A stretch of 64,000 bases of DNA from Nitrosopumilus sp. (GTDB lineage Archaea > Thermoproteota > Nitrososphaeria > Nitrososphaerales > Nitrosopumilaceae): the NCBI GenBank assembly GCA_963662625.1, contig OY759726.1, positions 896,001 through 960,000 on the forward strand, read 5' to 3'. Numbering within the stretch: position 1 is the first letter of the stretch; the number at the start of each line of letters is the position of its first letter. The notes below the pieces were generated by a model. That model had not been told where the DNA came from. It was given only the letters and a program-made list of their open reading frames with translations, and ran no database searches. Shown piece by piece: positions 47,119 to 57,086 of this stretch. The translations under genes were made by a program, and so were the position numbers.

Positions 47119-47558
47119 CCCTTCCTGCTCTTGCAGTTAAAGTTGGAACACTGCCTGGTCCATTTCTGGTTTCTTGAGTAGCGGAAGATCACCATCGGCC
47201 ACTTGCACTCGGCGCACGCGGACTTTGTAGCCCGGAGCCTTGCCTTCTGCAGCAGCGGCGACGATGCCTTGCAGCCGCCGTAAAAGTTAGAGCACCCCAT
47301 AAACCTCTTCCTCGTGGTCCTGGACCTGATCACCATCAGCTGCCCCAACCCGCACACCGGACACCTCACAAGGCCGTTTTTTGGGGAATTGGTGCCGAGA
47401 ATCGTATATTTTTTGTCCTTTGCGGACCAGGACAGGTACCCGTTCCCGTCCAGGTACTGCATGATCTCTTTCTTAAACGCGCTCGTCCCCGACTTTGTGG
47501 CCCTTACCGTGTGCCTTGACCCGGCCACATGGACCGCCTTGAGACCAGCCTTCTTCAA
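47115..47558 (-). CDS. Topoisomerase I C4 zinc-finger domain protein
   Basis: CPVCG...RFMGCSNF..C...CAEC...CSNFNC; TTG start near 47558. Confidence 0.8.
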   Translation of the reverse strand: MKKAGLKAVHVAGSRHTVRATKSGTSAFKKEIMQYLDGNGYLSWSAKDKKYTILGTNSPKNGLVRCPVCGLGQLMVIRSRTTRKRFMGCSNFYGGCKASSPLLQKARLRATKSACAECKWPMVIFRYSRNQKWTRQCSNFNCKSRKG

Positions 47559-47601
47559 AGGTTCACCGCCTATCTTACTGCCACGATTTTTATAGGGATT
47601 T

Positions 47602-48771
47602 TTGTCAGCTACGTTTGTGGAAAAGGTCTGCGTTCTTGGCGCCGGAAGCACCAAATACGGGAAGCTGGAGGACAGTCTTGCAGATATCACCACCCAGGCG
47701 TCGGTAGCGGCCATAGAGAGCGCGGGCATAGAGCCGGGGGAGATCAAGGCGTCCTACATATCAAACGTATTTGGCGTTGCGGACAAGCAGGTGCACATCG
47801 GCCCCGTACTGATGAGCCGGCTGGGGATCCCGGACAGGCCGTCCCTGACAATCGAGTCTGCATGCGGCAGCGGCTCCGTATCGTTCAGGGAGGCCTATGC
47901 AAACATCGCCGCGGGCTTCTATGACTGCCTTGTGGCCACCGGCGTTGAAAAGGTGACGCACACGGGAACCGAGTGGACCACGACCTACTTTGCGTACTGT
48001 TCTGACTTTTTCTACGAGGGGCAGGCGGGGGCCTCGTTTCCGGGGCTGTTCGCATCGATGGCGAGGGCATACCTGACCGAGTTTGGCGCAACCGAAGAAG
48101 ATTTTGCCAAGGTTGCTGTAAAAAACCACGATAACGGGGTATTAAACCCCAAGGCGCACATGCAGAAGAGGATCACGGTAGACGACGTAATGAACTCCGC
48201 GGTGGTCGCAAGCCCGCTCAAGCTTTTTGATTGCTGCCCGTTCTCTGACGGGGCAAGCTCCGTCATACTCTGCTCCGAAAAGTTCGCAAAGGAGCACGGC
48301 GGCGACTACATAGAGGTGATCGGCTCGGGGAGGGGTGGCTCGCCCGCCGCACTGCAGGGGCGCAACCACATGACGACCATCCCGAGCACCAAGATCGCCG
48401 CAGAGGCGGCATACAAGATGGCCGGCGTCGCCGCAAAGGACATAGACTTTGCAGAAGTCCACGACTGCTTTACGATTGCCGAGGTGGTAGACACCGAGGA
48501 CCTGGGATTCTTCGAGAAGGGCAAGGGCGTCGAGGCCGTCCGGGAGGGCAGGACGAGTCTAAACTCCGATATATCAGTCAACCCGTCCGGAGGCCTCAAG
48601 TCGAAGGGGCACCCAATAGGGGCCACCGGCATCGGCCAGGTGGTCGAAATGTACGACCAACTGACCGGGAATGCTGGCGCGAGGGCCGTCAAAGACGCAA
48701 AAGTAGGCCTGGCCCATAACTTTGGCGCAACCGGGGCAAGCTGCGCAGTCCACATCTTCCAGAGTATTTAA
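47602..48771 (+). CDS. Archaeal acetyl-CoA acetyltransferase (thiolase)
   Basis: ESACGSG, DCCPFSDGA, EVHDCF, GHPIGATG. Confidence 0.92.
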   Translation: MSATFVEKVCVLGAGSTKYGKLEDSLADITTQASVAAIESAGIEPGEIKASYISNVFGVADKQVHIGPVLMSRLGIPDRPSLTIESACGSGSVSFREAYANIAAGFYDCLVATGVEKVTHTGTEWTTTYFAYCSDFFYEGQAGASFPGLFASMARAYLTEFGATEEDFAKVAVKNHDNGVLNPKAHMQKRITVDDVMNSAVVASPLKLFDCCPFSDGASSVILCSEKFAKEHGGDYIEVIGSGRGGSPAALQGRNHMTTIPSTKIAAEAAYKMAGVAAKDIDFAEVHDCFTIAEVVDTEDLGFFEKGKGVEAVREGRTSLNSDISVNPSGGLKSKGHPIGATGIGQVVEMYDQLTGNAGARAVKDAKVGLAHNFGATGASCAVHIFQSI

Positions 48772-48772
48772 A

Positions 48773-49138
48773 ATGTCAATCGAACAGCAAGTGATAGAGG
48801 CGGCAAAACAGGGCAAATTCCTGGTTCACAGGTGCGAAAAGTGCGGCCACACGCGCCTGCCTACCGCGTATTTCTGTACGAAATGCGGCGGCAAGGGGCA
48901 CGAAGACGTCATTTTGGGGGGCGCGGGCAGCATCGCCACCTACACCATAATCACGGTGGCGCCTGCGGGCTTTGAAAAGTACACCCCGTACGCGTTTGTA
49001 GTCCTCAAACTGGACGACGCGGATCTGAGGATCTCCGGGTTCATGGCGGGAATCGCAACCCCCGGCGATCTTCCCGTCGGCACTAGGGCCAAGATCGCAG
49101 GCTTCGACGAGCGCGGGATAATAATCGAAAAGCAGTAG
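48773..49138 (+). CDS. DUF35 Zn-ribbon/OB-fold thiolase partner
   Basis: CEKCG..P...CTKCG, TYTII..AP.GF...PY. Confidence 0.9.
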   Translation: MSIEQQVIEAAKQGKFLVHRCEKCGHTRLPTAYFCTKCGGKGHEDVILGGAGSIATYTIITVAPAGFEKYTPYAFVVLKLDDADLRISGFMAGIATPGDLPVGTRAKIAGFDERGIIIEKQ

Positions 49139-49208
49139 TTTTTTTTGTTACAATTATTAAAAAAAATCAAAGCCGATTCTTAATAATTCTGCAGGGCCGA
49201 TCACTCCC

Positions 49209-49370
49209 ATGTCAGTTGAGGTAGTGTGCGGAAAGTGCGGAGAAAAGATCGCGAGCATGAAGATGCTAAAGTCGCTCAAGGACGCAATGCACCCGTCCGG
49301 CGGCAAGTGCCCCTCGTGCGGGCAGAGGCTGTCCACGTCGGAGTTTTCTCTCGACGTGCATGAGAATTGA
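49209..49370 (+). CDS. 53-aa zinc-ribbon microprotein (missing from ORF track)
   Basis: MSVEVVCGKCG...KCPSCGQRL; AT-rich promoter upstream. Confidence 0.8.
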   Translation: MSVEVVCGKCGEKIASMKMLKSLKDAMHPSGGKCPSCGQRLSTSEFSLDVHEN

Positions 49371-49610
49371 CCGGGTCCGCCGCCCGGGCCGGGGGCGCCG
49401 GAAGTGCCTTGCCCTGCGGTGCCGGACCGGCCTACGCCCCGCCACCAAGCCGCGCGGATGTCGGGAAGCTCCATGCTACACCGCGCATAACCGCCACGGG
49501 ACAGCGCCGCCCCTGATCGGCATGCATGCAAAACCGGATCAAACCCCCGGTCCGGTGACGCCTGCCTGCACGTCACAAGTCTTATTTACCGTTTAATAGA
49601 GCATGAACGT

Positions 49611-51704
49611 GTGGAACTAAAGGGGAGTGTGGAAGAACCCAAGAGGAGCGGGATACTGCAGTCCACGTCAAAGCGCGTGAAGATGATCTTTTCCGTCATG
49701 GCAAGCCCCAACAGGATCGACATCCTCCGAATCCTGAATTCAAAGGGGCCGCTGACGTACTCCGAACTGAAATCACTCGCGGGGTTCAAGTCCAAAAAGG
49801 AGAGCGGGAAGTTTGCCTACCACCTGAGAAAGCTGCTGAGGCAGTCCCTCGTGGGGCTAAACAAGTCCGAGAGGCGCTACACCATAACAAACCTCGGGAA
49901 GCTCGTCCTGAGCCTGGCAAAGCAGATCGAGGACCGCTCGATCATCGAGAGCGGAAACATGTACGTCAGGACCTCGCACGAGTCCATCGACGAGTTCAGC
50001 CAGCATAAAATCATCCAGTCACTGGTTCGCGAGGGCAACCTCCCGCTGGAATTGGCACAAAAAATCGCCGAGGAGGTCGGGAACAGGATCAACAAGTATC
50101 AAACCACCTACCTCACAGGCTCGCTAATCAGGGAAATGACTAATTCCGTCCTACTGGAACACGGGTACGAGGAATACCGCAACAAGCTTACGCGCCTGGG
50201 CCTGCCGGTATACGACGTCCAGAGCATGCTCGCAAACCCGGACGCCGTTGAAAACGGGGCCGAGGGGGTGCTGTTCAATACGGGCCAGAGGGTCTTCGCC
50301 GAGCACCTGCTGACCAACACCCTGCAAAAAGACGTCGCGGACTCCCACCTGTCAGGCGATCTTCACATCACAAACCCCGGAACCTGGTCGATGATACCGG
50401 ACACCCTCTTCGTAAATATAAGGGAACTCCTCTCGGACGGGATCTCGCTTGGCGGGAAGTACACCGACGTGTCGCGCGTCCCCCCCTCAAAGCGCCTCGG
50501 CGAGACTGCCTCGGCGCTTTCCATAGCCATTTCGCTGCTGTCAAAGGAGGCCTCGCACGAGGTCGTGCTGGACGACTTTACGCAGCTCTTTGCCAAGCAC
50601 TTCAAGTCAATCTCGGAGCTGGAGCAGGAACTGACCGACGCGTTCACGTCCGTGTCGGCGTCGTCAAAGTACGACAGGGCAAGCACCAGCGTGTCAATAA
50701 GGCTACAGCTAGGCACCGACGCCAAAATCGTCACCGCCACAATCAACGCGTACAAGAACTACGTCGGGATCACCCCGGTGCCCAGGATCGGCCTGGTGAT
50801 AGACCACGAGAAGGGCAAGATCTCGGACGTGTCACAGGCGCTTTCCGAAATAATCTCACTCGGCGGAAAGGTGATGTTTGCGAAGGGCCAGGTGTCGGGG
50901 AGCGGGATCATGAATGGCAAGGCAAGGAACTCCGGCCTGCTCTCGATCATGCTGCAGTCAACATCGATCAACCTGCCGAGGCTCGCGTTTGAGTCAAACA
51001 AGGACGAGACCTACTTCCGGGCAAGGCTTACGTTGCTGATGAAACCGGCGCTGTCATCCATGGTGCAAAGAAAGCGGGACATCTCCGACCTTACCCGGCG
51101 GGGGTTCAACCCGATCCTTGCCAAGAACACCCAGTACATGCAGAGGAGCTCCATATCCCTCGTGATCAACCTGGTCGGCCTGAAAGAGGCCGTCTTCAAC
51201 ATACTCGGGTACCAGAACAACAAGGAGGGCAGGGACGTCCTTCGCAAGGTCGTCGAGACCGCAGTCGACGTGGCGGCCAAGAAAGGCAAGGAATTCGGCG
51301 ACCCGGTGACCATTTCCATGGTAGAAACCGAGAGTTCTGCCCGGTTTGCGAGCCTGGACGGGGAAAAATACGGCAAGAATTCGGCCCTGAACGCCATGGA
51401 TGGCGACTCTTACTCCCAAGGCGTGGTGTTTGACGCGGCGGAGATCGTCAATTATGCTGCTAAAGACGAACCTATCTCGGAGTGCAACAAGCTCTCAAAG
51501 ATCCTCAACGGGGGCCTGCTGGTGGCGCTCAACATCGACAGGGACGCGGCGGCAGGCGAAATCAAAAAATCCATCGAGGCGGCGGCGGAACTGGTGCCGT
51601 CCTTCAAGCCAGTAAAAAACGCGTCTATCTGCGGCGAGTGCGGGTTCAAGGAAGCCTCGTTTGCAGACAAGTGCCCCAGGTGCAAGTCCTCGCACGTCAT
51701 CTGA
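49611..51704 (+). CDS. ArsR-type wHTH + ATP-cone + class III RNR (NrdD)-like protein, apparently catalytically inactive
   Basis: SPNRIDILRIL...AYHLRKL...YTIT.LG; VRTS...EFSQHKI..SL; HLSGDLHI, SINLPRLA, ARFA.LD, NGG; terminal CxxC..CPxC with no following RxxGY. Confidence 0.8.
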   Translation: MELKGSVEEPKRSGILQSTSKRVKMIFSVMASPNRIDILRILNSKGPLTYSELKSLAGFKSKKESGKFAYHLRKLLRQSLVGLNKSERRYTITNLGKLVLSLAKQIEDRSIIESGNMYVRTSHESIDEFSQHKIIQSLVREGNLPLELAQKIAEEVGNRINKYQTTYLTGSLIREMTNSVLLEHGYEEYRNKLTRLGLPVYDVQSMLANPDAVENGAEGVLFNTGQRVFAEHLLTNTLQKDVADSHLSGDLHITNPGTWSMIPDTLFVNIRELLSDGISLGGKYTDVSRVPPSKRLGETASALSIAISLLSKEASHEVVLDDFTQLFAKHFKSISELEQELTDAFTSVSASSKYDRASTSVSIRLQLGTDAKIVTATINAYKNYVGITPVPRIGLVIDHEKGKISDVSQALSEIISLGGKVMFAKGQVSGSGIMNGKARNSGLLSIMLQSTSINLPRLAFESNKDETYFRARLTLLMKPALSSMVQRKRDISDLTRRGFNPILAKNTQYMQRSSISLVINLVGLKEAVFNILGYQNNKEGRDVLRKVVETAVDVAAKKGKEFGDPVTISMVETESSARFASLDGEKYGKNSALNAMDGDSYSQGVVFDAAEIVNYAAKDEPISECNKLSKILNGGLLVALNIDRDAAAGEIKKSIEAAAELVPSFKPVKNASICGECGFKEASFADKCPRCKSSHVI

Positions 51705-51828
51705 GTCCGGCCGGCGCAGGCAGCCCCCGGCCGTCCCGTGAGGGCCCTGCACGCGATCACCTGTTACCGTACAAGTCGTGCCAGCATGAAATCCATAGTA
51801 CTGCCCTATCGATCTTTTTTTACAACAA

Positions 51829-51848
51829 AGTTAATATCTGTATTAACT
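51829..51848. promoter_or_regulatory. Perfect inverted repeat AGTTAATA-tctg-TATTAACT at the nrdJ promoter (candidate operator)
   Basis: 8-4-8 palindrome ending 25 bp upstream of the nrdJ start, at the TATA position. Confidence 0.65.
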
Positions 51849-51873
51849 CATCTTCTCTGCTAGGAGATTATAA

Positions 51874-54525
51874 TTGGATAATTCGCAAGTAGAAAACACC
51901 ATCAACGAGATCCGAAAGAGGAACGGGAACGTCGCCGATTTCAACCAGGACAAGATCTCAAACGCCATATTCAAGGCACTGGCAGCCACCTCTAAAGCCG
52001 ACCGTGGGCTGGCCGATCAACTCGCCGAAAAAGTAGTTGACAGACTAGTGGAGCAGGGCTTCACGCGCAGCAGGGCGCCCAGCGTGGAACACATCCAGGA
52101 CATCGTCGAGTACACGCTGATCGACAGCGGCAACAGCGACATCGCAAAGGCGTACATCGTCTACCGCCACGAACGGCGCAAGCTCAGGGACGAAAAGATG
52201 AAGGTCCTAAACGCAAAGACCCTGGACGAGACCTCCAAGAAGTTCGATCTCAACTGCCTGAGGGTCCTGGCGTCTAGGTACCTCATGAGAAACGGCAAAA
52301 ACGAGATCGTCGAGACCCCCACCCAGATGTTTGAGAGGGTGGCGATCCTGGTGGGGATAGGCGACATGCTGTATGACTCCCAGGTATTTAACCGGTTGGG
52401 AAACACGCCGCAGGACGTAACGGAGGCCCGGACATACCTCGAGAAACTGGACAATTTCGACTACAAGTTCAAGATCGGGGGGTACTTCCTCAACAAGTGG
52501 CACTTTAGGAGCCTTATAAACCACTATGCCACCCTCGCGTCCCAGGGGCAGATGAGGGTAAGCTTCAAGCAGGTGCTGGTGATGCTTGCGGCCAAGAAAT
52601 TCGACAGCTATGCAGACAAGATAGCGGAATACTTTGACCTGATGACCTCCCAGGACTTCCTGCCAAACTCACCCACGATGATGAACGCCGGCGGAAGGCT
52701 CGGGCAGCTGTCCGCGTGCTTCGTCCTCGGGATGCCCGACGACATGGAGCAAATCATGAAGTCCACCACTGACGCCGCGCTTATATTCAAGTCGGGGGGA
52801 GGCGTCGGGATAAACTACTCGGACCTCCGCCAGGAGGGGGACATAGTGGCGTCCACCTCCGGGGTGGCGTCCGGCCCGGTCTCCTTCATGAACATCATAA
52901 ACACCGTCACCGAGGTGGTCAAGCAGGGCGGGAAGAGGCGCGGCGCCAACATGGGAATCATCGAGGTGTGGCACCCCGACGTCGAAAAGTTCATCACGAA
53001 CAAGACGGAGCCGGGAATACTCGAAAACTTCAACGTGAGCGTCGGCATCTGGGAGGACTTTTGGGACGCGCTTGTCAACACGGCCGACGGCAAGTACATG
53101 CTGCGCAGCCCGAACGACAGGAAGCCGGTCAAGGAGATCAACGCGCACCACCTGATCGACCTGATAGCGCTGTCCGCGTGGAAGAGCGCGGAGCCGGGAC
53201 TGATCTTCTTTGATCAGATTAACAAGTACAACGTGTTTGCAAAGGCAAGGCACGCCCCGCTGAGGGCGACGAACCCGTGCGGGGAGCAGAGCCTGTACCC
53301 GTACGAGTCGTGCAACCTCGGCTCGATCAACCTGGCAAACCTCGTCAAGAGGAAGGCCGACGGGGAGTACGAGTTTGACTGGCAGAGGTACGAGGAGACG
53401 ATCCGGAAGACGACCAGGTTCCTCGACAACGTCATCGACGTAAACCACTACCCAGTACACCAGATCAACGTGGCGTCAAAGGACTCCAGGAGGATCGGAC
53501 TGGGGGTGATGGGGGTGGCCGACCTGCTTTACAAGCTCCGGATCCCGTACAACTCCAAGGAGGGCTACGACCTGCAGTCCAAGCTGTCCGAGGCGCTCAC
53601 CTACTACTCCATGGAGGAAAGCGTGGCCCTTGCAAAGTCAAGGGGGGAGTTCCCGCTGTGCCCTGACACGGAATACCCGGAGGGAAAGATCCCGGTGGCC
53701 GGCTACTACGAGAAGCCAAAGGAGATGCATTCCTACGAGTGGGACGCGCTAATAGAAAAGATCAGGAAGCACGGGATACGCAACGTGCTGACCACGACCG
53801 TCGCGCCCACCGGCACGCTCTCGATGATCGCCGACTGCTCCAACGGGATGGAGCCCGCGTTCGCGCTCGTCTTTGAAAAGCGGGTGAACGTGGGCCGGTT
53901 CTTTTACACCAACAAGATCATCGAGGAGGTCCTCAAGGAGAACGGCCTCTACAACGACGAGATCCTCGCAAAGATCGCCGACAACTACGGCTCCCTGAGG
54001 GGGATCCCGGAAATCCCGGAATGGATGCAAAGGGTCTTCGTGACCGCGATGGACATCCACTGGTCTGACCACCTGATGGCCCAGGCGGTGTGGCAGGACT
54101 GGATCGGCAACGCGATCGCCAAGACGATCAACATGCCGTATGACGTGGCGACCGAGGACGTAAAGTCGGCGTACCTGCTCGCGCACGAGCTGGGCCTGAA
54201 GGGGATAACCGTGTACCGCGACGGCTCGCGGCAGACGCAGGTGCTCCACATGACCAGCGACAACGCAGAAAAGACGTTTGACGTGTTCCCCAGCCCCTAC
54301 CTCACGAGCTACGTGGCCACCGCGATACAGAACCCGTACATAAAGTCCCAGGTCACCAGCGCGCTGGAGCTCAAGCCACGCGACGAGGCGATCGCGCCAG
54401 AGCCGCCGAGGCACGACGCGGTGGCGGAGGACCGGCTGTGCCCCACCTGCAAAAACAACCTCATCTTCGTGGAGGGGTGCAGCATCTGCATCGAATGCGG
54501 CTACAGCGGGTGCGCGTCCGGGTAG
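51874..54525 (+). CDS. nrdJ: Class II (AdoCbl-dependent) ribonucleotide reductase with ATP cone
   Basis: PNSPT.MNAG, SACFV, RRGA, TNPCGEQ, SCNLGSIN, APTGT, KGITVYRDGSR. Confidence 0.95.
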   Translation: MDNSQVENTINEIRKRNGNVADFNQDKISNAIFKALAATSKADRGLADQLAEKVVDRLVEQGFTRSRAPSVEHIQDIVEYTLIDSGNSDIAKAYIVYRHERRKLRDEKMKVLNAKTLDETSKKFDLNCLRVLASRYLMRNGKNEIVETPTQMFERVAILVGIGDMLYDSQVFNRLGNTPQDVTEARTYLEKLDNFDYKFKIGGYFLNKWHFRSLINHYATLASQGQMRVSFKQVLVMLAAKKFDSYADKIAEYFDLMTSQDFLPNSPTMMNAGGRLGQLSACFVLGMPDDMEQIMKSTTDAALIFKSGGGVGINYSDLRQEGDIVASTSGVASGPVSFMNIINTVTEVVKQGGKRRGANMGIIEVWHPDVEKFITNKTEPGILENFNVSVGIWEDFWDALVNTADGKYMLRSPNDRKPVKEINAHHLIDLIALSAWKSAEPGLIFFDQINKYNVFAKARHAPLRATNPCGEQSLYPYESCNLGSINLANLVKRKADGEYEFDWQRYEETIRKTTRFLDNVIDVNHYPVHQINVASKDSRRIGLGVMGVADLLYKLRIPYNSKEGYDLQSKLSEALTYYSMEESVALAKSRGEFPLCPDTEYPEGKIPVAGYYEKPKEMHSYEWDALIEKIRKHGIRNVLTTTVAPTGTLSMIADCSNGMEPAFALVFEKRVNVGRFFYTNKIIEEVLKENGLYNDEILAKIADNYGSLRGIPEIPEWMQRVFVTAMDIHWSDHLMAQAVWQDWIGNAIAKTINMPYDVATEDVKSAYLLAHELGLKGITVYRDGSRQTQVLHMTSDNAEKTFDVFPSPYLTSYVATAIQNPYIKSQVTSALELKPRDEAIAPEPPRHDAVAEDRLCPTCKNNLIFVEGCSICIECGYSGCASG

Positions 54526-54562
54526 CCGGAACTTTTTTACCTTCTTTTCCTTTTGAACCCGT

Positions 54563-55657
54563 GTGAACGGGAGAACCCTCCTCGTCGCGCTTGCCGGAAT
54601 CGCGGTCGTAGTCGGGAGCGCGCTGGCGCTGCTCCAGGAGCCCGCTACGCGGGAGCCTGCCGAGAAGATCGGCCTGGTGATAAACACCCCGGGCCAGTCC
54701 GCGTCGATGCAGGAGCTGGATCGGATATACTCGGCCGCCGCCGCCACCGGGATCGGGAGAAACAACGTCTACCTATTCTGGGACGCGCTGGAGCCTGCGA
54801 GGGGCCAGTTCGACTGGGAACAGCCGGACGTCCTGATGGGCCTTGGCAAGAGTAACGGCCTCAAGGCCACGCTCTACTTTTCCGTAATCAACGGCGAGAC
54901 GCTGGGCCCGTTCCCCGACTGGATCGGCAGGCCGTCGCTCAACGCAATCGACGGGACGCACCTCTTCAACGCGCTTGACGCGGTACTGTCACGGTACGAC
55001 ACAATCGACACCGTCATAATCGCCGGGGAGGCAGAGTCGCACTTCCGCTACTCCGAGCAGAGCATCCCCGTCTACAAGGAACTGTTCGCCGGCCTGTACG
55101 ACCGGCTGAAGGAGAGGCACCCCGACGTGAGGATCGGCAACGCGTTTGGCCTCCACCACGTCCTGAACAAGAACCTGGGCCACATAGTAACGGAGCTTGC
55201 AGTGGGGGACTTTGTCGGGTTTACGTACTTTCCAGTCGACTCCCTGAACGACATCGCAAGGACCCCCTCCGAGGCAAAGGATGATCTGGCGGCCTCGCTG
55301 GAGCTGGTGCCCGGCAAGAGGGCCGGGTTCCTCGAGGTGGGCTGGAGCACGTCGGACTTTGTAGGGGGGAGCGAGCCGGCACAGGCGGCGTTCGTCCAAA
55401 AGTCGATGGAGTTTTACTCGGAGAATGAGCCCGGAATTGAGTTCCTCACGTGGTACAGGCAGTATGACCGGCACGCGGGCACCTGCGCGGCAGGGCAGGT
55501 GCCGCAGGACAGCCCCGGCGGCGTGGGGCTTGCAGGCAGCGAGCATGTGATCGAGAGGCTGGGCCACTACGTGTGCAGCTCTGGGCTGATATCCTCCGAC
55601 GGCACGCCAAAGCCGGGATGGGGCGAGTTCCGTGCCCGGATCGGGGATGTAGGCTGA
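54563..55657 (+). CDS. Secreted glycoside-hydrolase-like (TIM-barrel) hypothetical protein
   Basis: N-terminal TM, W..LEP..G.FDW, FLEVGWS, GL...DG.PKP.W. Confidence 0.6.
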   Translation: MNGRTLLVALAGIAVVVGSALALLQEPATREPAEKIGLVINTPGQSASMQELDRIYSAAAATGIGRNNVYLFWDALEPARGQFDWEQPDVLMGLGKSNGLKATLYFSVINGETLGPFPDWIGRPSLNAIDGTHLFNALDAVLSRYDTIDTVIIAGEAESHFRYSEQSIPVYKELFAGLYDRLKERHPDVRIGNAFGLHHVLNKNLGHIVTELAVGDFVGFTYFPVDSLNDIARTPSEAKDDLAASLELVPGKRAGFLEVGWSTSDFVGGSEPAQAAFVQKSMEFYSENEPGIEFLTWYRQYDRHAGTCAAGQVPQDSPGGVGLAGSEHVIERLGHYVCSSGLISSDGTPKPGWGEFRARIGDVG

Positions 55658-55737
55658 ACCTGGGGCGGGGATCGACGCGCCGGCCGTGCTAATATGAAAA
55701 CCATTTTTATGTAGGAAACAAAGCCTGCTTTTTTAAT

Positions 55738-55811
55738 GCAGTCATCGTATAGCCTGGTGAGTATTCGGGGTTTCCAACCCTGCGACGCGGGTTCGAATCC
55801 CGCTGACTGCA
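55738..55811 (+). tRNA. tRNA-Gly(TCC)
   Basis: Acceptor stem GCAGTCA/TGACTGC, anticodon loop TTTCCAA, T-arm GGTTCGAATCC; CCA follows at 55812-55814. Confidence 0.95.
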
Positions 55812-55861
55812 CCATCCAACCAAGCGCAAACTAATTTTTAGGCCCCTCCCGTACAGGCGTC

Positions 55862-56164
55862 GTGAAGCCGTCCGTTAGAAAGATAGCGCTGGAGAGGATG
55901 CAGATTCTGATCGACAGCGCGATAGCAAACGCCAGGGCCGACCCGCAGATCGCGCAGCGCCATGCCATGCTTGCCAGAAGGATCAGCACCAGGCACAAGG
56001 TCCGCATGCCGTACCACATGCGGATGGCGTTCTGCAAGGGGTGCAAATCGTTCATCGCCCCCGGGATCGGCTCCAGGATCCGGGTAGGCGGGGCCTCCGT
56101 AAAGTCGATCAGGATCTCCTGCAACCTGTGCGGGCACGTTTACCGGAAAATAATACCTACATGA
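55862..56164 (+). CDS. rnp4: RNase P protein subunit Rpp21/Rpr2
   Basis: IALERM..L, FCKGC...PG, CNLCG..YR. Confidence 0.88.
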   Translation: MKPSVRKIALERMQILIDSAIANARADPQIAQRHAMLARRISTRHKVRMPYHMRMAFCKGCKSFIAPGIGSRIRVGGASVKSIRISCNLCGHVYRKIIPT

Positions 56165-56195
56165 TTTATAAGGCGATTCCGGACTTTCCCACTTC

Positions 56196-56648
56196 ATGGC
56201 AAAGGTGTACGACGTGCCGTCAGACCTGTTGATAAGCAGGCTGGCCGAGAGCCTAAAAAACGAGGACATCCCGGCCCCGCCGTGGATCCCGTTCGTAAAG
56301 ACCGGCGCGCACGCCGACAAGCCGCCGCAGGACCGGGACTGGTGGCATACCAGGTGCGCCTCCATACTGCGAAAAATATACCTGCACGGCCCGGTAGGGA
56401 TCAACGGCCTGAGGAAGATCTACGGCGGCGGCAGGCCCTCCGGGTACGGCGCCGCGCACCACAGGAGCGCCGGCGGCGCGATCATCCGCAACGCAATCCA
56501 GGGGCTGGAGAAGCTCGGCTACGTCGAAAAGGCGGAGCGGAAGGGCCGGGCCATCTCGCGGCAGGGCATGCAGAAACTTGACAGGCTTTCCACCGAAATC
56601 CTAAACGAGATGATCTCAGCCACCCCGCAGCTCAAAATCTACTCCTGA
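56196..56648 (+). CDS. rps19e: 30S ribosomal protein S19e
   Basis: VYDVP, PW..FVKTG, DWW..RCASILRKIY. Confidence 0.97.
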   Translation: MAKVYDVPSDLLISRLAESLKNEDIPAPPWIPFVKTGAHADKPPQDRDWWHTRCASILRKIYLHGPVGINGLRKIYGGGRPSGYGAAHHRSAGGAIIRNAIQGLEKLGYVEKAERKGRAISRQGMQKLDRLSTEILNEMISATPQLKIYS

Positions 56649-56654
56649 TTCAAA

Positions 56655-56936
56655 ATGAGTTTTCCTGATTCCTCCGAATCGCAGGGCAGCCCGAACGACA
56701 AGGATCTCGCGGCGCAAAAAGAGCAGGTCCTGAAGCAGATCCTCAGTTCCGAGGCCAGGCTGCGGCTCAACAACATCAAGATGGTAAAGCCGGAACTGGC
56801 AGACCTTGTGGAGCAGTACCTCATCGGGATGGCGACCCAGGGGAAGCTCCCGGGCAAGCTGTCCGACGACCAGCTAAAGCAGGTACTGCTGTCCCTCCAG
56901 CAGCCCAGGCGGGACTTTAAGATAAGCCGCCGCTGA
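56655..56936 (+). CDS. PDCD5-like DNA-binding protein
   Basis: LKQIL..EAR.RL.NIKMVKPELA..VE..L. Confidence 0.92.
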   Translation: MSFPDSSESQGSPNDKDLAAQKEQVLKQILSSEARLRLNNIKMVKPELADLVEQYLIGMATQGKLPGKLSDDQLKQVLLSLQQPRRDFKISRR

Positions 56937-57086
56937 GGCGCCCGCTGGTGCCCTGGACGGGGGCCAACGCACGCCTGCCCGCCCTCTGGCGCAGAGGCTG
57001 CAGGCGCCGCCCGCCGCGCGCCCCACAGCTGGCCTGGGAGGATCCGCCTGATAAAATATAATTATGGGAAAAACGCCGGACTAGAC

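Noticed and set aside
49611-51704. Functional anaerobic RNR (nrdD)
   Set aside because: No glycyl-radical motif and no adjacent nrdG, so the gene symbol was not assigned.
55738-55860. tRNA as integration site
   Set aside because: No integrase or duplicated tRNA 3' end; flanked by housekeeping genes.
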